A stretch of DNA of 64,000 nucleotides from Macrostomum hystrix (Eukaryota; Animalia; Platyhelminthes): NCBI GenBank assembly GCA_950097015.1, contig CATNEN010000038.1, positions 19,840,001 to 19,904,000 on the forward strand. Direction: 5' to 3'. Shown one piece after another: positions 12,362 to 24,589 of the stretch. Numbering within the stretch: the stretch's first letter is position 1; the number at the start of each line of letters is the position of its first letter. Position numbers and translations under genes: made by a program. A model generated the notes under the pieces. The model was not told the origin of the DNA. It was given only the letters and a program-made list of their open reading frames with translations, and ran no database searches.

Positions 12362-15300
12362 ATGAATGGTAGAAGCTCAGCTGACTCAGGTGGCAGTGGC
12401 TCTGGTCTGCCACTAATAGAGTTCAGCCACGCCACTTGTGATACCAGCTCTGCCACCAATGATGACAGTAATCAAGTATCTAGTATGCCAGGACTAAATG
12501 GCGGTAATAATCCGCGCAGTCCAAACGGCATCTTTGCTAACAACTTTCTGGGACCCGATGAGGCTGCTAATATGAAGGTCAGTTAGTTTTATTATTTGTT
12601 TTTTATTAAGTGGCTTGTGCTGCATGAAGTTGCTTGTAATGATGATATAATAATTGCATATTATTTGAGTTTTTTGTGAGTCATTGTACTCATGGAGTGG
12701 GGACAAAAACTTGTTCACGAAAGCTCTATGTAGACTGGGTCGGATATCACTAAATAATTCCCTAGTACCTAGAGTTAAGATGTCAGCTTCATCTGTCTCT
12801 GGTTAACCTCAGTATTTTGTAGCAAAAATTATTCAACTAATTATTGCGTGGCGCATCTGAAGGCTGCGTATGACTGTTCAGTCCATGGACTTGGTAGAAG
12901 CCATACCTACGCACCCTAAATTACCCCGGCTGATGCTGGTACCCATTTAACTTTAACAGCTGGGTGAACTGAAGCAATTCAGAGTTAAATGTCTTGCTAA
13001 AAGGACAATAAACGGTTTACACGTTTTCAAGATTCGAACTTCTGACTTTCAAGTCGCCTGTATGGCACTCTAACCACTTGGCTACGACCCCTTACTAGGC
13101 TACAATCTCTACTAGACTAAAACCCCTTACTAGGGTGCAACCCCTTACTAGGCTACAACCCCTTACTAGGCTACAACCCCTTACTAGGCTACAACCCCTT
13201 ACTAGGCTACAACCCCTTACTAGGCTACAACCCCTTACTAGGGTACAACCCCTTACTAAGCTACCACCCCTTACTATGCTACAACCCCTTATTATTATTA
13301 CTAGGCTACAACCCCTTACTAGGCTACAACACCTTACTAGGCTACAACCCCTTACTAGGCTACAACACCTTACTAGGCTACAACACCTTACTAGGCTACA
13401 ACCCCTTATTATTATTACTAGGCTACAACCCCTTATTATTATTACTCGGCTACAACCCCTTATTATTATTACTAGGCTACAACCCCTTATTATTATTACT
13501 AGGCTACAACCCCTATTTATGTGTTTTAGTAAATACAAACTCAACCTGTCCTCTCACCCAGGATCTGGCATTGTCATCGGATAACGCCGAGAATGACTCG
13601 GACACTGGCGATGAAGAGGATGAACTTTTTAGTCGACACGGCTCTGGCGGCGGAGGTGGCGGTGTCAAAGCAGCCCTACTCGGCGGCGGCGGCGGCGGAC
13701 GCGAATCCAAGCCTCTGATGGCACCTCGTCGAGCCCGCACGTCCTCCAGCGACTCAGCCTCGGCGACATCCTCGTCGGCCACGGTGACTCTGCGCATGCC
13801 GAAGCCGTTTAAAAATCGAAGAAAAGTGTCGCGCTGCTATCTGTTTCTAGTCTTCCTAGGCAAGTGCGCGGTTGTCGTGTCGATTGCCGCCGTACTGTTT
13901 GTCACCCTGTTCTTCCTGCTGCAGTCTGTGCTAAAGAAGGCATCAACGGCCAATGCGGTCAAGGCTAAGCACATCAGCGTCACCACCCTGGCTAGCCATG
14001 CGGCTTGTTCTCACATATCCGTTGAGGACGTGTGGGTTCGCGGCTACCCTAAGATGGGCATTGAAGGCCCGCTACGACTTTTGGATGTAGATAGCGACGG
14101 CATTATGGATGTTATAGTGCCTTTTGGAAGTGGTGAGTCTTGGCATAGCTTTGATGGCTTATCTAGATATATCGATATATCATTTGATATTTTTGGTTAT
14201 CAACATTTAAATATGTAGAAATTTAAACCCTTATCTGACGGTAGTCAATCAGCGAGGGGGCAATTCTGCCATTTCGCTGACTCCTGAGCACACACATACA
14301 GAAACCGTACGCAGGCACACACTTTCTTTCTTATCGTCAGGCCATGTACACTCCTAAATTTTACCAAAAACCTTCTCTCCGTGGCTGCGCCCCTAACATG
14401 TGACCTCACCGCGGAATCGAGCTCAGGGACCTTGGCTCGTGGGTTCGAATCCCGACTCGACCAGAACATTTAGTGTTCTCTGTCCTATACTAACTGGGAT
14501 GGGTGTGGCTTCCCCCCAGTCCATGGACTCCCCAGCTGTACATGTGCTCCAAATTAAGCTAGGTCCAATTTGAAATAAAATGACTATTAAAATCGCAATT
14601 CTCAGCTTATTATAGAATTACTGTATCTGAGCACATGCTCATTGGTACTTCTCAAATGTATATTAGTCGCTTGCTCTATTAAGAATTAGCTTTGTGTTTT
14701 GATGCAAGCAACATAATTTTAAGCTGCTCTAAAGCATATGTGTTAGTATAGAAATATGATAGGCACTTTCCCTGGCTTCTTCCGCCTCTGCTTTTCTTCT
14801 TTTTTCGCTTTTCATCTCCCTTCTTCCGTGGTTTTCTGCTTCCCATACCTAAACTAACTCCCAGTTCACTGCCTTCCCAATTCTCTCGCATACCCGCCAT
14901 AGTCGTTCCTCATTTCCTGTGCTCTTAATTTCGGATCGCTACTTGAGTCCAAGCATGAAAGAGAGCTAGGAGAATGGGAAATACTGTTGCGGCGCGAAGA
15001 TTTGCTTCTCAAAAGGTTTCATTCATTATTAGAGAAGTACACATAATATATATGATATACACATCTTTTATCCTTTTCATCCTTTGGGCAGTATTCATTC
15101 CAGATTTTGCCTGCATTTTCCGAGTATACATACCTCCTTCGCACCGCTATTGCAGCTAGCTAGGAAATTGGAAATAAAGAAAACTATAAAGAATAAATTC
15201 TTTTGTTTAAAGAATATAAACTACAAAAAATATTAGTATATCGATTTCGTTGTATATTTTCTTAATTTTAGGTTAATTTTATGCTAATAACATTGGTTGA

Positions 15301-18300
15301 CAATCAACAGTAAGTGCGTTTATAAATGGTGATCGGTTTTGTGTTTATATAGTTTTTTATGATTTTCATACAATGGTAGTGGTGATATGTATCTGAGGTT
15401 CATGGGAGATTTGTATCTGAGGTTCATAAGAGCTGTGCACCTGAGGTTAATGGAATATATGTATCTGAGGTTCATGGGATATATGTATCTGAGGTTCATG
15501 GAATATATGTATCTGAGGTTCATGGGATATATGTATCTGAGGTTCATGGAATATATGTATCTGAGGTTCATGGAATATATGTATCTGAGGTTCATGGGAT
15601 ATATGTACCTGAGGTTCATGGGAGATATGTATCTGAGGTTCATGGGAGATATGTACCTGAGGTTCATGGGAGATATGTACCTGAGGCTCATGGGAGATAT
15701 GTACCTGAGGTTCATGGGTGATATGTACCTGAGGTTCATGGGAGATTTGTATCTGAGGTTCATAAGAGCTGTGCACCTGAGATTAATGGAATATATGTAT
15801 CTGAGTTTCATGGGATATATGTACATATGAGGTTCATGGGATATATGTACATATGAGGTTCATGGGATATATGTACCTGAGGTTCATGGGAGATATGTAC
15901 CTGAGGTTCATGGAATATATGTACCTGAGGTTCATGGAATATGTGTACCTGAGGTTCATGGGATATATGTACCTGAGGTTCATGGAATATGTGTACCTGA
16001 GGTTCATGGAATATGTGTACCTGAGGTTCATGGAATATATGTACCTGAGGTTCATGGAATATGTGTACCTGAGGTTCATGGAATATGTGTACCTGAGGTT
16101 CATGGAATATATGTACCTGAGGTTCATGGAATATGTGTACCTGAGGTTCATGGAATATGTGTACCTGAGGTTCATGGAATATGTGTACCTGAGGTTCATG
16201 GAATATGTGTACCTGAGGTTCATGGGATATATATGCCTGAGGTTCATGGGATTTATGTACATGAGTTTCATGGCAGATATGTCCCTGAAGTTCATGTGAC
16301 TCTACCAAATGTTTATGTTTCATTTGTTTCATGGAACTTTAGTTTCATGGAAACTGCTTTGTAAAAGACTGTAGCCTTTTTTACTTGGAATTAAACGCAA
16401 CAGAACGTTTATAAAATAATTTTACAAACCTAAAATCTGACAGGCGTCGACAGTATGAAGCCCATAAAATTTAACTGCCGAGTGTATTACGACAATTACA
16501 AGTCTGGTTCCTGCGCCGGAGGCATTATGGCAGTCGACGGCAAAGATGGCAGCGTTATGTGGTCGCATTTTGTTGAACACGAACCGTTTGCTCTCACCTG
16601 CGAAACTGATATCAACAGGGACGGCCAGCCTGATTGCATCATGAGCGGACGGGGAGGGGTCTGTTTTTTGCGTATTGATTTGTAAATCTAGCCGTTAATT
16701 AAATTTTTCTAAGTGCTACCTTAACCTGAATCTATTCTACAGCTGATGTCCGCCCACGATGGTCGCACGGGGAAGCGAATTTGGGCGTCGAAAATTCGTC
16801 GCGGCTATAAAAATTATTACACAGTTCAGCCTGTGGGCGATTTGGACGGCGACAAAGTGACGGATTTTGTACAGGTGAAAATCGCTTGTTATGATAGTTT
16901 GTATATTGAAGTAGCTTGGTCGATAAAATTTGGTTAGTCTAAACTGACATACAGAGTTTTTTAGATTGGTAGATAGAGATTTGGAGTTTAGTGGTAGATT
17001 GGTAGATAGAGATTTGGAGTTTAGTAGTAGATTGGTAGATAAAGATTTGGAGTTTAGTGGTAGATTGGTAGATAGAGATTTGGAGTTTAGTGGTAGATTG
17101 GTAGATAGAGATTTGGAGTTTAGTGGTAGATTGGTAGATAGAGATTTGGAGTTTAGTAGTAGATTGGTAGATAGAGATTTGTAGTTTAGTGGTAGATTGG
17201 TAGATAGAGATTTGGAGTTTAGTAGTAGATTGGTAGATAGAGATTTGGAGTTTAGTAGTAGATTGGTAGATAAAGATTTGGAGTTTAGTGGTAGATTGGT
17301 AGATAAAGATTTGGAGTTTAGTGGTAGATTGGTAGATAGAGATTTGGAGTTTAGTGGTAGATTGGTAGATAAAGATTTGGAGTTTAGTAGTAGATTGGTA
17401 GATAAAGATTTGGAGTTTAGTGGTAGATTGGTAGATAGAGATTTGGAGTTTAGTGGTAGATTGGTAGATAAAGATTTGGAGTTTAGTGGTAGATTGGTAG
17501 ATAGAGATTTGGAGTTTAGTGGTAGATTGGTAGATAGAGATTTGGAGTTTAGTAGTAGATTGGTAGATAGAGATTTGGAGTTTAGTGGTAGATTGGTAGA
17601 TAGAGATTTGGAGTTTAGTGGTAGATTGGTAGATAGAGATTTTGAGTTTAGTAGATTGGTAGATAGAGATTTGGAGTTGAGTAGATTGGTAGATAGAGAT
17701 TTTGAGTTTAGTAGTAGATTGGTAGATAAAGATTCAGAATTTAGTATATTGGTAGATAAATATTCGGAGTTTAGTAGATTGGTAAATAGAGATTCGGAGT
17801 TAAGTAGATTTGTAGATAGAGATCCATAATTGAGTAGATTGGTAGATAGAGATTTGGAGTTTAGTGGTAGATTGGTAGATAGAGATTTGGAGTTTAGTAG
17901 TAGATTGGTAGATAAAGATTTGGAGTTTAGTAGTAGATTGGTAGATAAAGATTTGGAGTTTAGTGGTAGATTGGTAGATAGAGATTTGGAGTTTAGTGGT
18001 AGATTGGTAGATAGAGATTTTGAGTTTAGTAGATTGGTAGATAGAGATTTGGAGTTGAGTAGATTGGTAGATAGAGATTTTGAGTTTAGTAGTAGATTGG
18101 TAGATAAAGATTCAGAATTTAGTATATTGGTAGATAAATATTCGGAGTTTAGTAGATTGGTAAATAGAGATTCGGAGTTAAGTAGATTTGTAGATAGAGA
18201 TCCATAATTGAGTAGATTGGTAGATAGAGATTTGGAGTTTAGTGGTAGATTGGTAGATAGAGATTTGGAGTTTAGTGGTAGATTGGTAGATAGAGATTTG

Positions 18301-21300
18301 GAGTTTAGTAGTAGATTGGTAGATAGAGATTTGGAGTTTAGTGGTAGATTGGTAGATAGAGATTTGGAGTTTAGTGGTAGATTGGTAGATAGAGATTTGG
18401 AGTTTAGTAGTAGAATGGTAGATAGAGATTCAGAATTTAGTATATTGGTAGATAAATATTCGGAGTTTAGTAGATTGGTAAGTAAATAGAGATTCGGAGT
18501 TAAGTAGATTTGTAGATAGAGATCCATAATTGAGTAGATTGGTAGATAGAAATTCAGAATTAAATGCATTAGTCGATAGAGATGCATAATTATTTAGATT
18601 AGTACATAAATAGTAACTATTGCGGATAAATATGAAGAATTTAGTTAATCAATCGATAGATTGTTAGACGGAGAATATCCGCCTTTGAGTAGTCTAGTTG
18701 GCACATTCAGAGGTAAAAGTACATTGTTAGACAAAGCTAGTTAATTTAGTCCTATAATTAATTATTGAAGCAAGCAAGATGTTTCATCCAACCCGAACCA
18801 ATGGTATTTCAGGTTCACGGTGGCGATCCCCGACCAACACCCGAGCAGAAGGTGCGGCCCAAAGGTGAACTAGTTCTACTATCTGGCGCCACCGGCACCG
18901 AGATCCGTTGGAAATATGTGCCCGACCTGCGCGAGTCCTATTATTCGCCGCAAGTCATTAGTCTAGGCGAAGGCACCAAGGCTATTCTATTCGGGACTGG
19001 AGGAGAAACTATTCCAGGCTCGCTCTATCTACTGCGCCTCAAAACTTTTCTGCTAACTGGCGAGACTGAAAAGGTGATCTTTCTGTGGCTAGATTCTAAT
19101 ACTTACTTGTTGTTAGGTTTTGCTTAGGACTAGGCTAAACATATAAGTCAAGCTATTTCTGAAACTGACCTAAGACTTACGTCACCTGAACACACCTTAC
19201 CTAATCTACGCCAGGCCCTACTAAGCATTCTTGACTCAATCCTTACCTAATCCAATCATTCAGTACCTAATCCAGTCGTTAACTAATCCAATACCTAACT
19301 AATCATTACCTGATTAGTTAATTTGATCCAATCATTACCTGATCCAATCCTTACCTGATTCAATCATTACCTGATCCAATCATTACCTGATCCAATCATT
19401 ACCTGATCCAATCATTACCTGATCCAATCATTACCTGATCCAATCATTACCTGATCCAATTATTACCTGATCTAATCCACTTCTGACTCGAGTTTCTGTG
19501 ACCTTTTTTCAACCCTATCGGCAGGCTCGAGAAATATACTCCAGCAAAGAGAAAGGCGTCATGACGCCGCCCGCTCTAGTCGACGTAAATCGAGACCGCG
19601 TTCACGACATCGTCATGGCCACCTTCAACGGCTCCGTGATTGCTTTCGACGGGGTTACGTTTAAGAAGATCTGGCAAACAGATTTCAAACACGCCGAGAC
19701 CTACAGCACCCCGGCGCCTGGCTACTACAATGACGACGATGTGCCCGACTTCTTTGTTCAGTACAGTATTGGAATCGGCTATCCTATCTACTTCTATGCC
19801 AGGGTGAGCTTGCGGGCTAGGCTAATAAATTATTCATAATTAAATTGCCATTATAAACTGCTGCTTAGTTTATTGGGGTCAGGCTTGGTCGATTGTGAAG
19901 TTTAAGTTCACTTATCTGTAATACGGGTTCGTAATTAAAACCTTTTGGCAGCGCCTGAATGCTTGGGTGGTGACTGATTTATTGACAGACTAGGCGATGG
20001 TGTATTGTGGTTGAGCCGCGCCTAATATTTAGGTTTTGTCAGTGAAATTGGACAAATTCGCGTCAGGGTGTCCATAGTGGCTTTTTTCCCACCTGTTGTA
20101 GCCATTGAAGGTCCAGCAAGTCCGTCTATATAAAGGTAGGTGACCACCGAAGACAGAGATGGTGCAGGCATATTCGAGTGACATGCTGATAAATTTTTAA
20201 GGCCTGGCAAGGCCGCACTGAGGCGCAGTGCTAATTTGTGTATTGGGGTGAATGAAATACACTAGCGCTGAAGGGAAAAATCTGACCTTCGGCCAGAAGC
20301 AATTGAATATCTCGACGGTCTGAAGAGCTGGCGACTTGAATCTTGTTTCAGAAGACGATGTTCCATTTGGGTGGAGCACAAAAAATCCCACCATTAGCTG
20401 GGGTAAATGAGGGTGGGTGTGGCTTCGCCCCAGTCCACGGACTGAATTCTCGTCCCACTTATTCAGAAGCTGTTGCCACTAGCTGTAAATCTGGCACAAC
20501 TAGGCTAGCAGCAATTTCTATTTACCCTTTGCTTTTTCAGTACGCCATTCTAGATGGTCGCACAGGTGAGATCATCATCGAACTGCCATTCTCCTCCGTG
20601 TCCGTGTCCAACTCGCCGCTGACGGTGTCATTCGAAGGCGCCGGTCACGATGTGTTTCTCTATTGGAAAAAGGATTGCTATCAGCACGAGGGACAGATTA
20701 TGAAGAACCAGTTCTCCTACTGTGAGTAGTTAGGCTGGTAGTTGAAAATGTGAGATTTCAAAGAATGCTATGCAGAATTCTTGACTTCTATTCTATTGTT
20801 ATTCAGCGTTCCACCAGTCTGTGGCCAGCCACACTGAGTTCTGCCGAGCTCAATTCAACACCACCTATGTTACTAAATTGCTGATGATTGGACAGCACAT
20901 CAAACCGCCGGGAATACTGCTCTACCACAGCCGTGAGTGCTTTTAACTACTAGTTTGTTGTGTTGTGTTCAACTTGACTTAATATGCTAGCAACCAGCTA
21001 TTTACCTTGTCAACGACCTTTTTAAATACACCATTAGCAACGATATTGTTTTAAACAAGCCATTCAATCTAGCAACAAGCTACTCGTAGATATTCACCTT
21101 AGCAACTAGTTATTCACCTTAGCAACGCGCAGTTGTCAAGTTGATATTGGCAACTAGTTATTCACCTTAGCAACGCGCAGTTTAAATTGGCAGCTAGTTA
21201 TTCACCTTAGCAACGCGCAGTTAAAATTGGGAGCTAGTTATTTACCTTAGCAACGTTCTGTTACAGCTGGCTTCTAGCCATTCATGTTATAATTTACTGA

Positions 21301-24300
21301 TAGTAATTCACCTTAGCAACAAGCTTCTCATCGCTGTTCCCTCTAGATCGCTATTTTCACGAGGAGAACAAATACAACTTGGATTCGTGGCGCAACGAAG
21401 CCCAACGATTCCTATTGGCTAGCGGAGGTGATCGCAGTCTCTACGACGAATTCAACACATTCTTCGGCCAGGTTAGCAAGCTGGCCAATCATCAGTTCGC
21501 CGATGGTGACGTCAGCGGTGGCGGCTCTTCGGCTGGGGTATTCGGCGATTACGGCACCATTCCCGACTATGACTCATCGCTGCCCGACTATGTAGGTTTT
21601 CATTTCGATGTGTACTAGCTTTGCCTTGTCTAATTGGCTCTCACCTGTCTCATCTCACCTGTCTCATCTCTCCTGTCTCATCTCTCCTGTCTTATCTCAC
21701 CTGTCTCATCTGTCCTGTCTCATCTCTCCCCTCTCTCATCTATCTCTTGCCTGTTTTATCTCTTCTCATCTCTTTTATCTATTCGCACTATTTTCTATGT
21801 ATTCCCTCTTGACTTACATTAGTTAGCGAATCCCTTGCCATGAACCACGTCAGGATGCAAGCAGTGGCAGCCAATACGGCCTGCCATCTAGCTCATCCTC
21901 GCTGCCGAGAGCTCGGCCAAAGCGTCACATTGGGCCGCATGACGGCCAGGGCAGTATGCGGCTCATCTCAACCGGCACCCTGGCTCCGTCTCTGCCGCCA
22001 GTCGGTCACAATGCGTCCAGCAGTATCGACGTGCTGTTCACTATCTACGTTGGCGCCCCGGCGCCTAGCGCCACTGTCATGACCCCGGCCGAGGCCCGGT
22101 GCTTCTCCGACCTCATGGATAAGGAGGCCCAGCGATTCGATAAAAGCAGTGAGGATTATTTTGGCACCTGGATTTTCAATCCTCCCTTATTGAGGAAGGT
22201 TTTGGCACCTGGATTTTCAATCCTCCCTTATTGAGGAAGGTTTTGGCACCTGGATTTTCAATCCTCCCTTATTGAGGAAGGTTTTGGCACCTGGATTTTC
22301 AATCCTCCCTTATTGAGGAAGGTTTTGGCACCTGGATTTTCAATCCTCCCTTATTGAGGAAGGTTTTGGCACCTGGATTTTCAATCCTCCCTTATTGAGG
22401 AAGGTTTTGGCACCTGGATTTTCAATCCTCCCTTATTGAGGAAGGTTTTGGCACCTGGATTTTCAATCCTCCCTTATTGAGGAAGGTTTTGGCACCTGGA
22501 TTTTCAATCCTCCCTTATTGAGGAAGGTTTTGGCACCTGGATTTTCAATCCTCCCTTATTGAGGAAGGTTTTGGCACCTGGATTTTCAATCCTCCCTTAT
22601 TGAGGAAGGTTTTGGCACCTGGATTTTCAATCCTCCCTTATTGAGGAAGGTTTTGGCACCTGGATTTTCAATCCTCCCTTATTGAGGAAGGTTTTGGCAC
22701 CTGGATTTTCATCCTTGATATGTAATACTGTCAACTGGATTTTTTCCCTCCCTTTAATCCCTCCCTCCCTTCTTCGTAACGAGGAAATTCTGTTTTTGCG
22801 ACATTATATTTTAGGGATCATTTACGAAAATTAGTTTATCTCAAAACTGTTTACCTGGATACGACTCATAGTGCTACTAAACTGAAATCACTATTTTTAG
22901 GCAAATTTTTCGGCTACGACACTGATCGTTATCGGGACTATGCCAGCAAGCAGTGCGCCAAGCTATACGGCAGTGCCCAGAATTTGCGCCGAATTATTGA
23001 CGGACTATCAGCTTCGTCAGATTATTTCGCTTTAAATTATCTACAGCTGACTTTGTTCAGGTTAGTTTAAGACCGTGAATTTCACTTGCCTTTTCTTGGG
23101 TTACTTAACAGTAGAAAAACCACGCTATTTTTCCCCTGGGAAAAGTCCACTGGTGGGTATTTCAAATTCCCACTGCCTACTTCACAATAGCTCGCAAACC
23201 GAATGACCGATTTTCGTGAAAGTCCACTATATGTATAAAAATTTCCTTATTGGTTTAAAAATATTGTAACAATATAATCCATACAATATAGTCAACAATA
23301 ATGGCCGACATTGTAAAATTTTGAAATTTTGTGCGCGAAAAATCGTTGAATATCTCGACGATGCCGATGTTTTATTATTCTGGAAGTTGTTTCATCTGAG
23401 AGAGCGTAAATTTATAGCCATGTTCTGCGTTTTCATGGCGATTGGTTGAATATTTTGGGAGATACAGATGTCGGATTCCCGAATCCTCCAACTGTTAATC
23501 GTTCCGCCCCCCAGCCTGTCGGATTCCCGAATCCTCCAACTGTTAATCGTTCCGCCCCCCAGCCTGTCGGATTCCCGAATCCTCCAACTGTTAATCGTTC
23601 CGCCCCCCAGCCTGTCGGATTCCCGAATCCTCCAACTGTTAATCGTTCCGCCCCCCAGCCTGTCGGATTCCCGAATCCTCCAACTGTTAATCGTTCCGCC
23701 CCCCAGCCTGTTGGATTCCCGAATCCTCCAACTGTTAATCGTTCCGCCCCCCCAGCCTGTCGGATTCCCGAATCCTCCAACTGTTAATCGTTCCGCCCCC
23801 CAGCCTGTCGGATTCCCGAATCCTCCAACTGTTAATCGTTCCGCCCCCCAGCCTGTCGGATTCCCGAATCCTCCAACTGTTAATCGTTCCGCCCCCCAGC
23901 CTGTCGGATTCCCGAATCCTCCAACTGTTAATCGTTCCGCCCCCCAGCCTGTTGGATTCCCGAATCCTCCAACTGTTAATCGTTCCGCCCCCCAGCCTGT
24001 CGGATTCCCGAATCCTCCAACTGTTAATCGTTCCGCCCCCCAGCCTGTCGGATTCCCGAATCCTCCAACTGCTAATCGTTCCGCCCCCCAGCCTGTCGGA
24101 TTCCCGAATCCTCCAACTGCTATTACAAAGTACGCAATCTTCATATATTCTTATATATTCATTTACATTAGTCGGCTCCAATTCTACTGTTAATAAAGTG
24201 AACAATTGTACTAACAATCGAGACACCTCACACCCGCAGAAAGCGAATCACCTGTCATTGCAATCGATCGCAGCCGTGTTTACACATTCTGCCATTTGAT

Positions 24301-24363
24301 AAACAGCGTTGGACCTCCTATCTGGGCAATCACGCTGATTCCTACATGCAGAATCCCATCTGA
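12362..24363 (+). CDS. FAM234/ITFG3-like FG-GAP beta-propeller type II membrane protein, 12 exons, 934 aa
   Basis: Exons 12362-12577, 13562-14132, 16444-16658, 16743-16874, 18813-19073, 19525-19803, 20541-20721, 20807-20932, 21347-21591, 21854-22148, 22901-23060, 24240-24363. All introns are GT-AG and phase-compatible; total 2805 nt ending in TGA. One TM segment (CAVVVSIAAVLFVTLFFLL), FG-GAP-like Ca loops (DVDSDGIMDV, DINRDGQPDC, DLDGDKVTDF, DVNRDRVHDI), DGxxGxxxW repeats and C-terminal ILPFDKQRWTSYLG. Confidence 0.85.
12845..13090 (-). mobile_element. SINE family A copy in FAM234-like intron 1
   Basis: Aligns by eye with 2950-3180 (GGCGCATCTGAAGGCTGCGT...GCTGGTACCCATTTAA...TTCGAAC...TAACCACT). 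Confidence 0.85.
13088..13513. repeat. Minisatellite, 18-bp unit CCCCTTACTAGGCTACAA (27-bp TTA-expanded variants)
   Basis: Directly abuts the 5' end of the SINE-A copy; intronic. Confidence 0.95.
14250..14435 (-). mobile_element. SINE family B, internally deleted copy
   Basis: GGCAATTCTGCCATTTCGCTGACTCCTGAGCACACAC and CCTTCTCTCCGTGGCTGCGCCCC...GCGGAATCGAGCTCAGGGAC match the 31081 and 61703 copies. Confidence 0.8.
14436..14545 (+). mobile_element. SINE family A fragment (B box plus 3' part)
   Basis: GGGTTCGAATCCCGACTC and GGGTGTGGCTTCCCCCCAGTCCATGGACT match the reverse complement of the 2857-3180 copy. Confidence 0.7.
15382..16295. repeat. Minisatellite, 24-bp unit ATATGTACCTGAGGTTCATGG(A/G)AT
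   Basis: About 38 direct copies in FAM234-like intron 2. Confidence 0.95.
16962..18560. repeat. Minisatellite, 33/30-bp unit AGATTGGTAGATAGAGATTTGGAGTTTAGTGGT
   Basis: Direct tandem array in FAM234-like intron 4; explains ORFs 16737-18587 and 16966-18489. Confidence 0.95.
19230..19475. repeat. Minisatellite, 16-bp unit CCAATCATTACCTGAT
   Basis: Degenerate at the left, near-perfect at 19325-19470; FAM234-like intron 5. Confidence 0.9.
20390..20447 (+). mobile_element. SINE family A 3'-part fragment
   Basis: CATTAGCTGGGGTAAATGAGGGTGGGTGTGGCTTCGCCCCAGTCCACGGACTGAA matches the reverse complement of about 2981-3035. Confidence 0.65.
21090..21320. repeat. Diverged tandem repeat, core CTAGTTATTCACCTTAGCAACGCGCAG
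   Basis: About 6 copies in FAM234-like intron 8. Confidence 0.8.
21640..21745. repeat. Short array of the TGTCTCATCTC family
   Basis: Same core as 890-2345; FAM234-like intron 9. Confidence 0.8.
22149..22711. repeat. Minisatellite, near-perfect 41-bp unit TGAGGAAGGTTTTGGCACCTGGATTTTCAATCCTCCCTTAT (~13.5 copies)
   Basis: Essentially identical copies, starting at the donor of FAM234-like intron 10. Confidence 0.97.
23109..24189. mobile_element. Putative non-autonomous element flanked by TTAA, termini CAGTAGAA...TTCTACTG
   Basis: TTAA-CAGTAGAA at 23105-23116 and TTCTACTG-TTAA at 24182-24193. The left ~80 bp recurs inverted at about 37717-37799 and ends at the same TTAA. Confidence 0.55.
23469..24120. 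repeat. Minisatellite, 48-bp unit GTCGGATTCCCGAATCCTCCAACTGTTAATCGTTCCGCCCCCCAGCCT (~13.5 copies)
   Basis: Near-identical direct copies with no spacers; internal hairpin GGATT-CCCG-AATCC; FAM234-like intron 11. Confidence 0.97.
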
Positions 24364-24589
24364 TGGTCCATATAGATTCAATCTACTAACATCGCATATA
24401 TTCGTATATTGTGTCTTCTTTGTTTGTGTCTTTAGACATTGTCTTAATTTTCCTCTGAATATCTTGTACGATATTATTTGTTTATCCGCTTGTGTCCTGT
24501 GATATTATCAAATATTCCACTTTTTTATTTAACTTTTAGAGTAGCCTATATATCTACTCAAGTTCGAAATAGTCTAATATTTTCAATCT

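Noticed and set aside
16737-18587. 616-aa leucine-rich-looking ORF and the + strand LVDRDLEFSGR ORFs
   Set aside because: Translation of the 33-bp intronic array; flanking exons splice around it, and read-through from exon 4 stops at 16937.
22149-24120. 41- and 48-bp partly palindromic repeats as CRISPR arrays
   Set aside because: No unique spacers, no cas genes, eukaryotic intron context.
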